Assembly: GCA_002403455.1 (NCBI GenBank)
Contig: DHHV01000128.1
Coordinates: 8,987 to 40,986 of the forward strand
Length of the DNA stretch: 32,000 nucleotides
Reading direction: 5' to 3'
Source: Hyphomonadaceae bacterium UBA4763
GTDB lineage: Bacteria; Pseudomonadota; Alphaproteobacteria; Caulobacterales; Aquidulcibacteraceae
Shown: positions 7,784 to 15,308 of the stretch, one piece after another
Layout: every line of letters begins with the position of its first letter
How positions within the stretch are numbered: position 1 is the first letter of the stretch
Program-made: the position numbers and the translations under genes
The notes under the pieces: model-generated
The model's database searches: none
Seen by the model: only the letters and a program-made list of their open reading frames with translations
What the model was told of the DNA's origin: nothing

Positions 7784-8925
7784 TTTTTCGCCTCCTTGCG
7801 CTCGAAGACATCGTCCGCGCCCAGCAAAGCGGCGTAGCCGCCCGCGCGCAGAAACCCGCGCGCTTTGGCGTCCTTCTCAAAGCGCTCGAGCCAGAAGGCG
7901 GCGGCGGCGACCAGGATCAATTGGTGATGACGCGGCAGGCCCGGATAGCCGAAATCGCGCGGCCCGAGCCGAGGATTGGCTTCGCCGCCAAAGGTGAAAT
8001 GGTTGGCGCCCTCCAAGATCAGCAAATATTGATCGACATTATTGGTGCGATCGAAGGGAATGCGGCGGGCCGGCGCGTCGAAATCGCCATTCGGCGCATC
8101 GTCTTTCGTTCCGGTCAAATGGAAGATCGGCAAGAGCATGTCGGTGAACGCCGTTTCTGCATCGCCATAGCCGGCGCGCGGCGGCGAGGGACTGAGCGCA
8201 AAGGCGCCGAGGAGGTTCGGCAAGGCCAAACCTTGTCCAAAGCCGGAGACCATTTGGCCGGCGATGATTTGCGTCGTGATCGCGCCGAAGGAATGGCCAG
8301 CAATCCCCATACGTGCGGCGTCGATGCGCCCCAAAAGCGCGCCAGGGGCTTGCGCCAACCGCGCGGCGGCATAGCCGACGTCTTCAAAGCGCGGCAGGCC
8401 GGCTTTGGGATCGCGGGCGGCGGCGGAGATCTGTTGCGGATCGGTGCGGAAGGCGTCGCGGTCGCTGCCGGCATGCTGCAAATGGAGCGAGGCGATGCCG
8501 TGGCTCGCCAAATGCTGGCCATAGATCGCGCCGCTGCCGCGCGTGCCGCCGCCGCCATGCGAATAGATCACCACCGGAGCGTTGGTCTTTTGGGCGGGCA
8601 AATAAGCGCGCCAGGGGATAACGCGGTCGTTGCGGGCGGCGTTGACCCAGACGTCTTCGAGTTGTTCCACCGCAAAGGCGCCGGGGAGCGCGTAAGGGTG
8701 GCTGATCCCGCCTTGCGGCGTGTCGGGCGGCGGCGCTTGTTCATTTGCGCCTTTTTGGGCGGCGCGGCGTTGGCGTAACCGTTCGCGCAAACGCTCACGC
8801 TGAGACGGCGTCGGTGAATTGGTCTGGGCGTTGCCGGTCGAGGCGCAGGCCGCTGTCAATAACCCCAAGAAGGCGGCGCCGGTGGCGATCGCTTGGCGAC
8901 GCAGGGGATCGATCATGGCGGGCAT
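7780..8925 (-). CDS. Exported alpha/beta hydrolase (PAF-acetylhydrolase / dienelactone-hydrolase-like esterase), probable lipoprotein
   Basis: Nucleophile elbow GHSFGA and a YSHGGGGTRG block. Start placed at Met101 of ORF 7780..9225, giving MPAMIDPLRRQAIATGAAFLGLLTAAC (RR motif plus Cys lipobox-like site). The ATG alternatives at 8916 and 9036 are less convincing. Confidence 0.75.
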   Translation of the reverse strand: MPAMIDPLRRQAIATGAAFLGLLTAACASTGNAQTNSPTPSQRERLRERLRQRRAAQKGANEQAPPPDTPQGGISHPYALPGAFAVEQLEDVWVNAARNDRVIPWRAYLPAQKTNAPVVIYSHGGGGTRGSGAIYGQHLASHGIASLHLQHAGSDRDAFRTDPQQISAAARDPKAGLPRFEDVGYAAARLAQAPGALLGRIDAARMGIAGHSFGAITTQIIAGQMVSGFGQGLALPNLLGAFALSPSPPRAGYGDAETAFTDMLLPIFHLTGTKDDAPNGDFDAPARRIPFDRTNNVDQYLLILEGANHFTFGGEANPRLGPRDFGYPGLPRHHQLILVAAAAFWLERFEKDAKARGFLRAGGYAALLGADDVFERKEAKK

Positions 8926-9060
8926 TTGGGTTGGGTGGGCGCGTTGGTGGGATTTCAAGGCTAAACTCCTCCGCTGATCATGGGGTCGGCTAGGCTTGAG
9001 CCGCCGCGCCGCCGCTTTTATGTACGCTTTGCCCATCGGCTTTCCGGCGAAGGTAACGCG

Positions 9061-9074
9061 TATTGTCGACAATA
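9061..9074. promoter_or_regulatory. Perfect 14-bp palindrome TATTGTCGACAATA; second copy of the candidate GntR operator
   Basis: Core ATTGTCGACAAT is identical to 764-775. It lies in the divergent region between the hydrolase operon (ATG 8925) and the hsp20 gene (ATG 9192). Confidence 0.5.
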
Positions 9075-9191
9075 TGCAAGCCGATCGGGTTACACGATAT
9101 GGCCGCCGGCGGTAGTGGGCTTCTATGCGCTTGCCAGCGGCGTCGATCGCCGCGAGAAACGAATAATCTTGGATTGTCGAGCTGTTTTCGT

Positions 9192-9611
9192 ATGTCGCGC
9201 CCGATTTCTGACCCGCTGGCCGCATTTGGGCCGTTTGTGCTCGGCTTTGACCATGCCTGGGAATGGGCCGAGCGCGCGGCGCGCGCCCAAGACGGATTTC
9301 CGCCGTTCAATGTCGAAGCGATCGCCGATGGCTATCGCATCACTTTAGCGTTGGCGGGGTTTGAGCGCGAGGCTTTGTCGCTGACCATTCAGGGCCGCGA
9401 ATTGGTCGTTGCGGGCGAGCGCGACGTGGACGAAGCGCCGCGAGCGTTCTTGCATCGCGGCATCGCCATGCGCCGCTTTCGGCGGGCGTTTTTGCTAGGT
9501 CCAGGCCTTGAAGTGGTGGGCGCGCGCTTTGCGCTGGGGCTGCTGGCGATTGATTTGCGACAAACCCCGCCAGAACCGCCAAAACGCATCGATATTGATC
9601 GATCGCCATGA
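9192..9611 (+). CDS. Small heat-shock protein, Hsp20/IbpA family
   Basis: Start at Met44 of ORF 9063..9611. FPPFNVEAIADGYRITLALAGFEREALSLTIQGRELVVAGER..FLHRGIAMRRFRRAF..GLLAIDL follows the IbpA alpha-crystallin pattern (YPPYNVE..YRIxxAVAGF..GIAxRxFxRxF). Confidence 0.85.
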   Translation: MSRPISDPLAAFGPFVLGFDHAWEWAERAARAQDGFPPFNVEAIADGYRITLALAGFEREALSLTIQGRELVVAGERDVDEAPRAFLHRGIAMRRFRRAFLLGPGLEVVGARFALGLLAIDLRQTPPEPPKRIDIDRSP

Positions 9612-9670
9612 CGTATTGATGACAAAATTCGGATATCCATATGGTGGGACGAACGAAAGGAGGTCGCGAA

Positions 9671-9937
9671 ATGACCAAGCTTGATGCTGGCGACGGCTCG
9701 ACCGCTGCAGAACAGCCCAAACTCGTCTATGTGCGGCCGCAAAGCGCGCAATCGGTGATCGCGGAAAATGACATCGACCTGGAAAGCTTAGGCATCAAGC
9801 ACATGCCAGGCCCGGATGACATTTGGTACAGCGTTCATGCGGGGAGCGACGGCGCCTGCCTTGCCATTCTGACCGAGCGCGCCGCCGCTTTCGCCGCCGC
9901 CGAAGCGCATGATTTTCTGCCCGTCAGCGTCCATTAG
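9671..9937 (+). CDS. DUF1150-family small protein (commonly paired with hsp20 in alphaproteobacteria)
   Basis: AGGAGG at 9658-9663 lies 7 nt before ATG 9671. The pattern KLVYVRP..IWYSVHAGSDGACLAILTERAAAFAAAEAHDFLPVSVH matches my recollection of DUF1150. It sits immediately downstream of hsp20. Confidence 0.65.
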   Translation: MTKLDAGDGSTAAEQPKLVYVRPQSAQSVIAENDIDLESLGIKHMPGPDDIWYSVHAGSDGACLAILTERAAAFAAAEAHDFLPVSVH

Positions 9938-11736
9938 GAAAGAGTTGCGTCTGCCGCTTCGATGATCCGGTGCGGGTTCCAAACGCGATCGGCAAGGCTG
10001 CGCAAGGCGGCCTGACGCTGGGCGATGTCGGACGGGCTGAACCGATCGAACGGGCCGAGCCGGCCGCCGAGCCGCGCGGCCAATTCGCCCAGCTTGGCGT
10101 GATCGCGCCAGGGCCGATGGGTCAGACTGGCGGTGAGCAAGCTTGCTTCGGACAGCGCGTGGCGCTTGTCGACGAAAGATTGGTCGCGGGTTTCGCGGGC
10201 CAGCGCGCGCGGCAGCAAGGCCAGCGCGCCCAGCAAACGCCGGCTGTGCAGATAATCGGCGGTCGGCGCCCCCAAAGGCGCTGTGCGCGGATCGAGCGGC
10301 GGGATCATCTCGACCTCAAAGGCTTGCGCGCCGGTGCGCGCTTCGTAAAGCGGGTAGCGATCCACCCCCAACACATGCCAATCGACATAGGCATAAAGCC
10401 GGGCGAGCAGCGAATGCAGCTCAGATTTCTTGGCGGTTTCGAGCGACAAATCCGGCGAGACGGCAAAACTGGGCGCGAGCGCGCCGACTTGCGCTGCTAG
10501 GAAGAAGCTCAAGGTGCGGGCGTCCATGCCGCGCGCTTGGCGGGCGGTGTCGGCCATGGCGCGCTCGAGCGCGCGGGGCGTCAAAAGGCGCGGCGACCAG
10601 GCTTTGCGGGCGGCGAACACATCACAAAAGGCGATGCCGGTCGCCAATTTGCGCTCGATGACGTCGGGGGCGTCGGTTGGCTCAAGCGGGGCGAGCAGCA
10701 CCCAGATTGCGCCGGGCAATCCGATCCGCCCAACAAAATAGAGCGCTTCGCGCCCGGCGGTGTAGCTGCGCGCCGCTTCGCGGATTTCGCGATAACGGGC
10801 GAGATAGAACACCAGATCGCGGCCCATCAGCTTGGCGAAATCGAGCTGGCCATCACCGAGGCTGGTGGCGGCGGCGTCGCGCATCAGCCCATAGAAGGTG
10901 CGAGCGGCTGCCGGGCTCGTCGCATCGCCTGCGGCGACTGAATAGCGGGCCTGCAAAACGGCGCGGATGGCGGCGATGTCCTCGTCCGGCCCCATCCGCT
11001 GCAATTTCAGCGTTTCGGTCCTGAATTGGTCATGGGCGATATTGCGTTCGTCCTCATCGTCAATGCGCGCCAGCAGAAAATGCTTGAACATGTCGGCGGG
11101 GCGCAGCGGCTGACCGCGATTGTTCATGGTCTCGAACATGCGAAAAGCCATGTCGTCGTCGGCGGCGGTGATCTCAACAAATGTGCCATGCGTGATCAGC
11201 CAGACCGCAAAGGCCGCCAAGGCGGATTCGCGCAGATCGGTCGGGAAATAATCATCGATATCGGCATAACGCTGCGCGATGGCGCGCTCCGCCGCCGTCG
11301 CATTCTGCTCGTCAAACGCGCCTTCAAGATAGAGATGGGCGAAAACCCGCCGATAGTCGTCGACCGCAAGGACGAAGCCGTCATTTTGCGCGTGAACGGG
11401 GCGGATCAGACGATCGAGCCGGTCCTGCATCTGGGTCGAAATGACGTGACGACGGGCCCAGATCAGCAAGAGCAGCAAGGTCGTCAGGCGCTGCTGGCCG
11501 TCAACGATGAAATCGACGTCGAACCGACGATGGGTGATGATCGGCCCGAGGAAATAGGGGCGGGATTCGTCGTGATCAGTCTGTTCGCGGCTGCGAAAGG
11601 CTTCGACCAAATCATCGATCAGCTTGCGAACGGGATCGGCGCCCCAGATATAATCGCGCTGATAGGCGTCGATCGAAAACGCCGATGCGGCGAACAGCTC
11701 CTCAATCGTCCGGGTTTTACTGGCAATCCCACGCAT
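9934..11736 (-). CDS. DUF262-domain protein (GmrSD/ParB-like NTPase N-domain) with degenerate DUF1524-like C-terminus
   Basis: DUF262 motifs are present: AYQRDYIWG, DGQQRLTTLLLLL, FETMNNRGQPLRPADMFK. The C-terminal region FEVEMIPP...LLGALALLPRALARETRDQSFVDKR resembles the DUF1524 HxxP / GNLxLL..N..F..K layout, but with the His and Asn positions replaced. Confidence 0.8.
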   Translation of the reverse strand: MRGIASKTRTIEELFAASAFSIDAYQRDYIWGADPVRKLIDDLVEAFRSREQTDHDESRPYFLGPIITHRRFDVDFIVDGQQRLTTLLLLLIWARRHVISTQMQDRLDRLIRPVHAQNDGFVLAVDDYRRVFAHLYLEGAFDEQNATAAERAIAQRYADIDDYFPTDLRESALAAFAVWLITHGTFVEITAADDDMAFRMFETMNNRGQPLRPADMFKHFLLARIDDEDERNIAHDQFRTETLKLQRMGPDEDIAAIRAVLQARYSVAAGDATSPAAARTFYGLMRDAAATSLGDGQLDFAKLMGRDLVFYLARYREIREAARSYTAGREALYFVGRIGLPGAIWVLLAPLEPTDAPDVIERKLATGIAFCDVFAARKAWSPRLLTPRALERAMADTARQARGMDARTLSFFLAAQVGALAPSFAVSPDLSLETAKKSELHSLLARLYAYVDWHVLGVDRYPLYEARTGAQAFEVEMIPPLDPRTAPLGAPTADYLHSRRLLGALALLPRALARETRDQSFVDKRHALSEASLLTASLTHRPWRDHAKLGELAARLGGRLGPFDRFSPSDIAQRQAALRSLADRVWNPHRIIEAADATLS

Positions 11737-11792
11737 AACGCGGGCTTAACCGCTCGCGCGACGGGCGAAAAGGGCGATTTGGCCGCAGGTCT

Positions 11793-11902
11793 GCGAATTT
11801 AGCGCATCTTCAAGTTCATCAGACTTTGAGAAGATGCGCCTCATTTTTTTTTGCGCATTTTCTTGACGCGAACCGGTCCCCATTTCGCTTCAAAATGCTT
11901 TA
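11793..11902. repeat. Copy B of the ~110-nt intergenic repeat (first copy at 3200-3308)
   Basis: Same block order as copy A. It ends on the TAA stop (11900-11902) of the sigma-54 regulator gene and contains GAACCGGTCC and the GCATTTT...AAAATGC arms. Confidence 0.7.
11802..11852 (+). terminator. Terminator-like hairpin plus T9 tract on the plus strand (inside repeat copy B)
   Basis: GCGCATCTTC (11802-11811) pairs perfectly with GAAGATGCGC (11830-11839), and AAGT pairs with ACTT further in. Then comes CTCA and nine T (11844-11852). No plus-strand gene lies upstream of it. Read on the minus strand, the hairpin is preceded by A9 and followed only by TAAATT. Confidence 0.5.
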
Positions 11903-13354
11903 GCTGGCGAGGCTTCGTTCATCCAGCCACACGTCGAGGTCATATTCGCGTAATTTGCGGTACAACGTGGAGCGGCCGATCCCGAGCCGGCGAGCGGCTT
12001 CGGACATTTGGCCGTGATAGGTCTCCAGCGCCAATTGAATGATGTCGCGCTCTAGATCCTGCAGCCGGCGGACATGGCCTTGCGCGTCGAGCGCAGCGAT
12101 CCGGGTCAGATCAATCCCGCCGTGGGCGGGCGATGGCGCGGTCAGCGCGGGCGCGCTGTTGGCGCCCATATCGGCAGCGCGCAGATGCAGCAATTGCGGG
12201 AAATCCTCGGGTTGCAAATGCTCGCCATCGCACAAGACCACAGCGCGGAAGACGGCATTTTCGAGTTGGCGGACATTGCCGGGCCAATCAAAGGACAGCA
12301 ACATGGTCATTGCCGCGCTGCTGGTCCCGAGGATTTGGCGGCCCTCTTCGGCATTGAAGCGCTTGATGAAATGCTCGACCAGCGCCGGGATGTCCTCTTT
12401 GCGGGCGCGCAAAGGCGGCGCCTCGATCGGGAAGACGTTGAGCCGGTAATAGAGGTCCTCGCGGAAGGCGCCGGTCGTAATCGCTTGGCTCAAGTCTTTA
12501 TTGGTGGCCGAGACGATGCGGACGTCGACGCGCACCGGTCGGCGCGCGCCGACGGGATCAATCTCGCCCTCTTGCAGCGCGCGGAGCAATTTCACCTGCG
12601 CCTCTGGCGGCAATTCGCCGACTTCGTCGAGGAACAAGGTCCCGCCATTGGCTTCGACGAATTTGCCGGCATGGCGATCGACCGCGCCGGTAAAGGCGCC
12701 TTTTTCATGGCCAAACAAAATGCTCTCAACAAGGTTTTCGGGGAGCGCGCCACAATTGACCGTAACGAAGGGTCGGCCGGCGCGGTCGGATTCCCCTTGG
12801 ATAGCGCGGGCGATCATTTCCTTGCCGACGCCGGATTCGCCCAGGATCAGCACCGGAATCGAGCTGGCGGCGGCGCGCTTGCCCATTCGGACGACATTGC
12901 GCATGGCGGGGGCGGTTGCGATCAGATCGGCGAAGGTGATCTCATTGGCGGCCTTTTTCTTCAGACGCGAGACCTCGCCGGTGAGTTCATTGACTTTCAG
13001 CGCGTTGCGCACCGAAACGATCAGGCGCTCGGGGCTGGCCGGTTTGACGAGGAAATCATTGGCGCCGGCTTGCATCGCCGCGACGACCGAATCGAGCCCG
13101 CCATGCGCGGTCAATACGATCACCGGCAAGGCCGGCTTTTGCGCGCGGATCGCCGCCAAGGCCTCCATGCCCGAAAAGCCCGGCATGACGAGATCGAGCA
13201 ACACGAGATCGCAGGGCAAACCGCTCAACGCCGCCTCGACGCCGGTTTGGCCATCGCTGGCCAGCCGCGCATGGAAGCCGTGCCGCTCGATCGCCGCCTG
13301 CAGCAGACGGCGCTGGGTTGGATCGTCATCAATGATGAGAATGGTCTTGGCCAT
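11900..13354 (-). CDS. Sigma-54-dependent response regulator, NtrC family (receiver + AAA+ + Fis-type HTH)
   Basis: Start at Met20 ([16 protein letters not shown]). The receiver is canonical: [23 protein letters not shown]+ motifs GESGVGKE and GAFTGA are present, and the C-terminal HTH reads [19 protein letters not shown]. Confidence 0.9.
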   Translation of the reverse strand: MAKTILIIDDDPTQRRLLQAAIERHGFHARLASDGQTGVEAALSGLPCDLVLLDLVMPGFSGMEALAAIRAQKPALPVIVLTAHGGLDSVVAAMQAGANDFLVKPASPERLIVSVRNALKVNELTGEVSRLKKKAANEITFADLIATAPAMRNVVRMGKRAAASSIPVLILGESGVGKEMIARAIQGESDRAGRPFVTVNCGALPENLVESILFGHEKGAFTGAVDRHAGKFVEANGGTLFLDEVGELPPEAQVKLLRALQEGEIDPVGARRPVRVDVRIVSATNKDLSQAITTGAFREDLYYRLNVFPIEAPPLRARKEDIPALVEHFIKRFNAEEGRQILGTSSAAMTMLLSFDWPGNVRQLENAVFRAVVLCDGEHLQPEDFPQLLHLRAADMGANSAPALTAPSPAHGGIDLTRIAALDAQGHVRRLQDLERDIIQLALETYHGQMSEAARRLGIGRSTLYRKLREYDLDVWLDERSLAS

Positions 13355-13613
13355 GAATAAGTCCTGCGCCGGCCGCCCCGCTGACGGCCATAAGCGGCGT
13401 TGTGCGGGCAACTCTATGGCCCAAGAGCTTTCAAATCGTCCTTAATTGGATCGCGAAAATCCGGTCTATTCTCGTTTTTGGCCGCGCGCGCCGGATTTCC
13501 GGTCGAAAATGCCGCGCCGTTAAGGCCGCCTTTACCGAACGCTCGGCAAAACTTGCCTAGAAAACGTCGGTTCGGAGCTTCGAGCCGGCGGTTCCAAGCG
13601 GGTTGTTGTCGCC

Positions 13614-15308
13614 GTGAACGAGGTCATACAAGCGATTATGCGGGCCGGGCCGCTGCGCCTCGCCATGGCCGGCGCCATTTTGGCGGCGGTGGTCGTCGCT
13701 TTGGGCGCGATCGTCATGCGGGTCGGCGAGCCCAGCAAATCGCTGCTCTATTCGGGCTTGTCGCTGACCGAAGCCGGCGAAATCGCCCAACGGCTCGACC
13801 AGGCCGGCGTCAGATACGAACTGCGCGGCGATGGCGGCGTCATTTTCGTTGAGCGCAGCAAATTGTTGCAGACGCGCTTATTGTTGGCGGGCGAGGGTCT
13901 GCCGACGCGCGGCTCGATCGGCTATGAATTGTTCGACCGCCAAGAAACGCTCGGCCAGACCTCCTTCGTGCAGAATTTGAACCGGGTGCGCGCGCTGGAA
14001 GGCGAATTGGCGCGGACCATTGCGACCATCAATGGCGTTGATCAGGCGCGCGTGCATTTGGTCTTGCCCGAGAGACGCTTGTTCGAACGCGACGGCGCGC
14101 AGCCAACCGCTTCGATCGTGCTGACGTTGGCCGGAGATGGGGCGACAGCCCAAGCCGCCGCGATCCGCCATTTGGTGGCGAGCGCCGTGCCTGGTCTCGC
14201 GCCGGAGCGGGTGACCATCGCCGATCAGCGCGGGCGCTTGCTCGCCTCGGGCGCCGATGGCGGCGAGAATGCGGCGCTGCAGGAAGGCGCCGAGGACCGG
14301 CGCGCCAAATTGGAAGACCGCTTGCGCGAGCAATTGACGGCGCTGGTTGAACAAGTTTCGGGGGCGGGCGCGGCGCGCGTCGATGTGGCCGCCGATCTCG
14401 ACTTCAATCGGGTCCAGGAGAACAGCGTCATTTATGATCCAGATGGTCGGGTCGTGCGCTCGCAGCAAACTGTCGAAGACACCAATACGCGCCAGGACAC
14501 CGAACAGCCGCAAGGCGTCACCGTTGGGGCCAATGTGCCGGACGCAGCGCCGGCGCAAGGCGGGGTAACGACCAATTCGACCGATCAGGGCGAACGCGTC
14601 GAAGAAACCATCAATTACGAAATCTCGACCACCAATCGGACTGAAGTGTTTGAAAGCGGGCGCATTCGACGGCTGTCGGTGGCGGTGGCGATCGACAATA
14701 TCGCCCGCACAGCCGAGGACGGCACGGTCACCTATGAGCCGCGCACGGCGGAGGAATTGCAGCGCATCGAAGCCTTGGTGCGCACCGCCATGGGTTTTGA
14801 CGCCGAACGGGGCGACGTGCTGCAGGTCGTCAATATCAACTTTGCGCGGCCGGAGATCGGCGAAGGCGCAAGCGCGGCGGCGCCGTCTTTGTTGGAGACC
14901 CTCGATATAGCGCGCTTGGCCGAAGTCGGGGCGTTGCTGATCGGCGCGCTGGCGTTGATTTTCTTTGTCCTGCGCCCGGTTATGGTCGGCGGCGGCAAAA
15001 AGGGCAAAGGCGGCAAGGGCGGCGGATTTATCGCCGGATCTTCCGGCGACGACATGATGAAGGGTCCGATTGCGTTGACCGACTCCTCGGGCGCGGTGGC
15101 GCTCGGCGGCGGCGCGGCGGCGGCGGCTTTGGGCGCGCCTACGGATGGCCTTGCCGCTGATATCGAAGAGCGCATGGCGGTCGCGCGGATTCAGGGCGAA
15201 GTCAAAGTCTCGTCATTGAAGAAAGTCGCCAATCTAATCGAGGCCCATCCGGAAGAATCCGTCGCGATCATTCGCGGATGGCTGAATGAATCGCGTGGGG
15301 CGGCATGA
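13614..15308 (+). CDS. fliF: Flagellar M-ring protein FliF
   Basis: 564 aa, GTG start. An N-terminal TM segment is followed by [35 protein letters not shown]...[14 protein letters not shown], typical of FliF. A second TM segment lies near residue 450. The stop overlaps the fliG start (ATGA at 15305-15308). Confidence 0.9.
   Translation: MNEVIQAIMRAGPLRLAMAGAILAAVVVALGAIVMRVGEPSKSLLYSGLSLTEAGEIAQRLDQAGVRYELRGDGGVIFVERSKLLQTRLLLAGEGLPTRGSIGYELFDRQETLGQTSFVQNLNRVRALEGELARTIATINGVDQARVHLVLPERRLFERDGAQPTASIVLTLAGDGATAQAAAIRHLVASAVPGLAPERVTIADQRGRLLASGADGGENAALQEGAEDRRAKLEDRLREQLTALVEQVSGAGAARVDVAADLDFNRVQENSVIYDPDGRVVRSQQTVEDTNTRQDTEQPQGVTVGANVPDAAPAQGGVTTNSTDQGERVEETINYEISTTNRTEVFESGRIRRLSVAVAIDNIARTAEDGTVTYEPRTAEELQRIEALVRTAMGFDAERGDVLQVVNINFARPEIGEGASAAAPSLLETLDIARLAEVGALLIGALALIFFVLRPVMVGGGKKGKGGKGGGFIAGSSGDDMMKGPIALTDSSGAVALGGGAAAAALGAPTDGLAADIEERMAVARIQGEVKVSSLKKVANLIEAHPEESVAIIRGWLNESRGAA

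Noticed and set aside
9075-9191. ROSE-type RNA thermometer upstream of the hsp20 gene.
   Set aside because: No AGGAG-type Shine-Dalgarno paired to a U(U/C)GCU stretch is visible, and the region before ATG 9192 has only a weak GAG. A covariance search could still overturn this.
9168-9195. Sigma-32-like promoter CTTG-N17-CGTATGT, resembling the alphaproteobacterial CTTG-N17-CYTATNT consensus as I recall it.
   Set aside because: Its -10 element overlaps the best hsp20 start codon (9192). A transcript from it would lack that ATG. This is incompatible with the IbpA-like N-terminus unless the gene starts further downstream, so I treat it as a chance match.
8926-9225. N-terminal 100-aa extension of the alpha/beta hydrolase ORF. 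Similar extensions exist for the lipoprotein ORF (5477..5587) and the DUF1993 ORF (29075..29155).
   Set aside because: The signal-peptide/lipobox sequences start at internal Met codons, and for 5476 that Met creates an operon-typical stop/start overlap. The extensions have no recognisable features, and the 8926..9225 one would run across the operator palindrome.
13355-13613. Sigma-54 (-24/-12) promoter for fliF.
   Set aside because: Candidate strings (TGGCCCAAGAGC at ~13420; GGCAAAACTTGC at 13545) have GG-to-GC spacing that is too short for the TGGCAC-N5-TTGC geometry.
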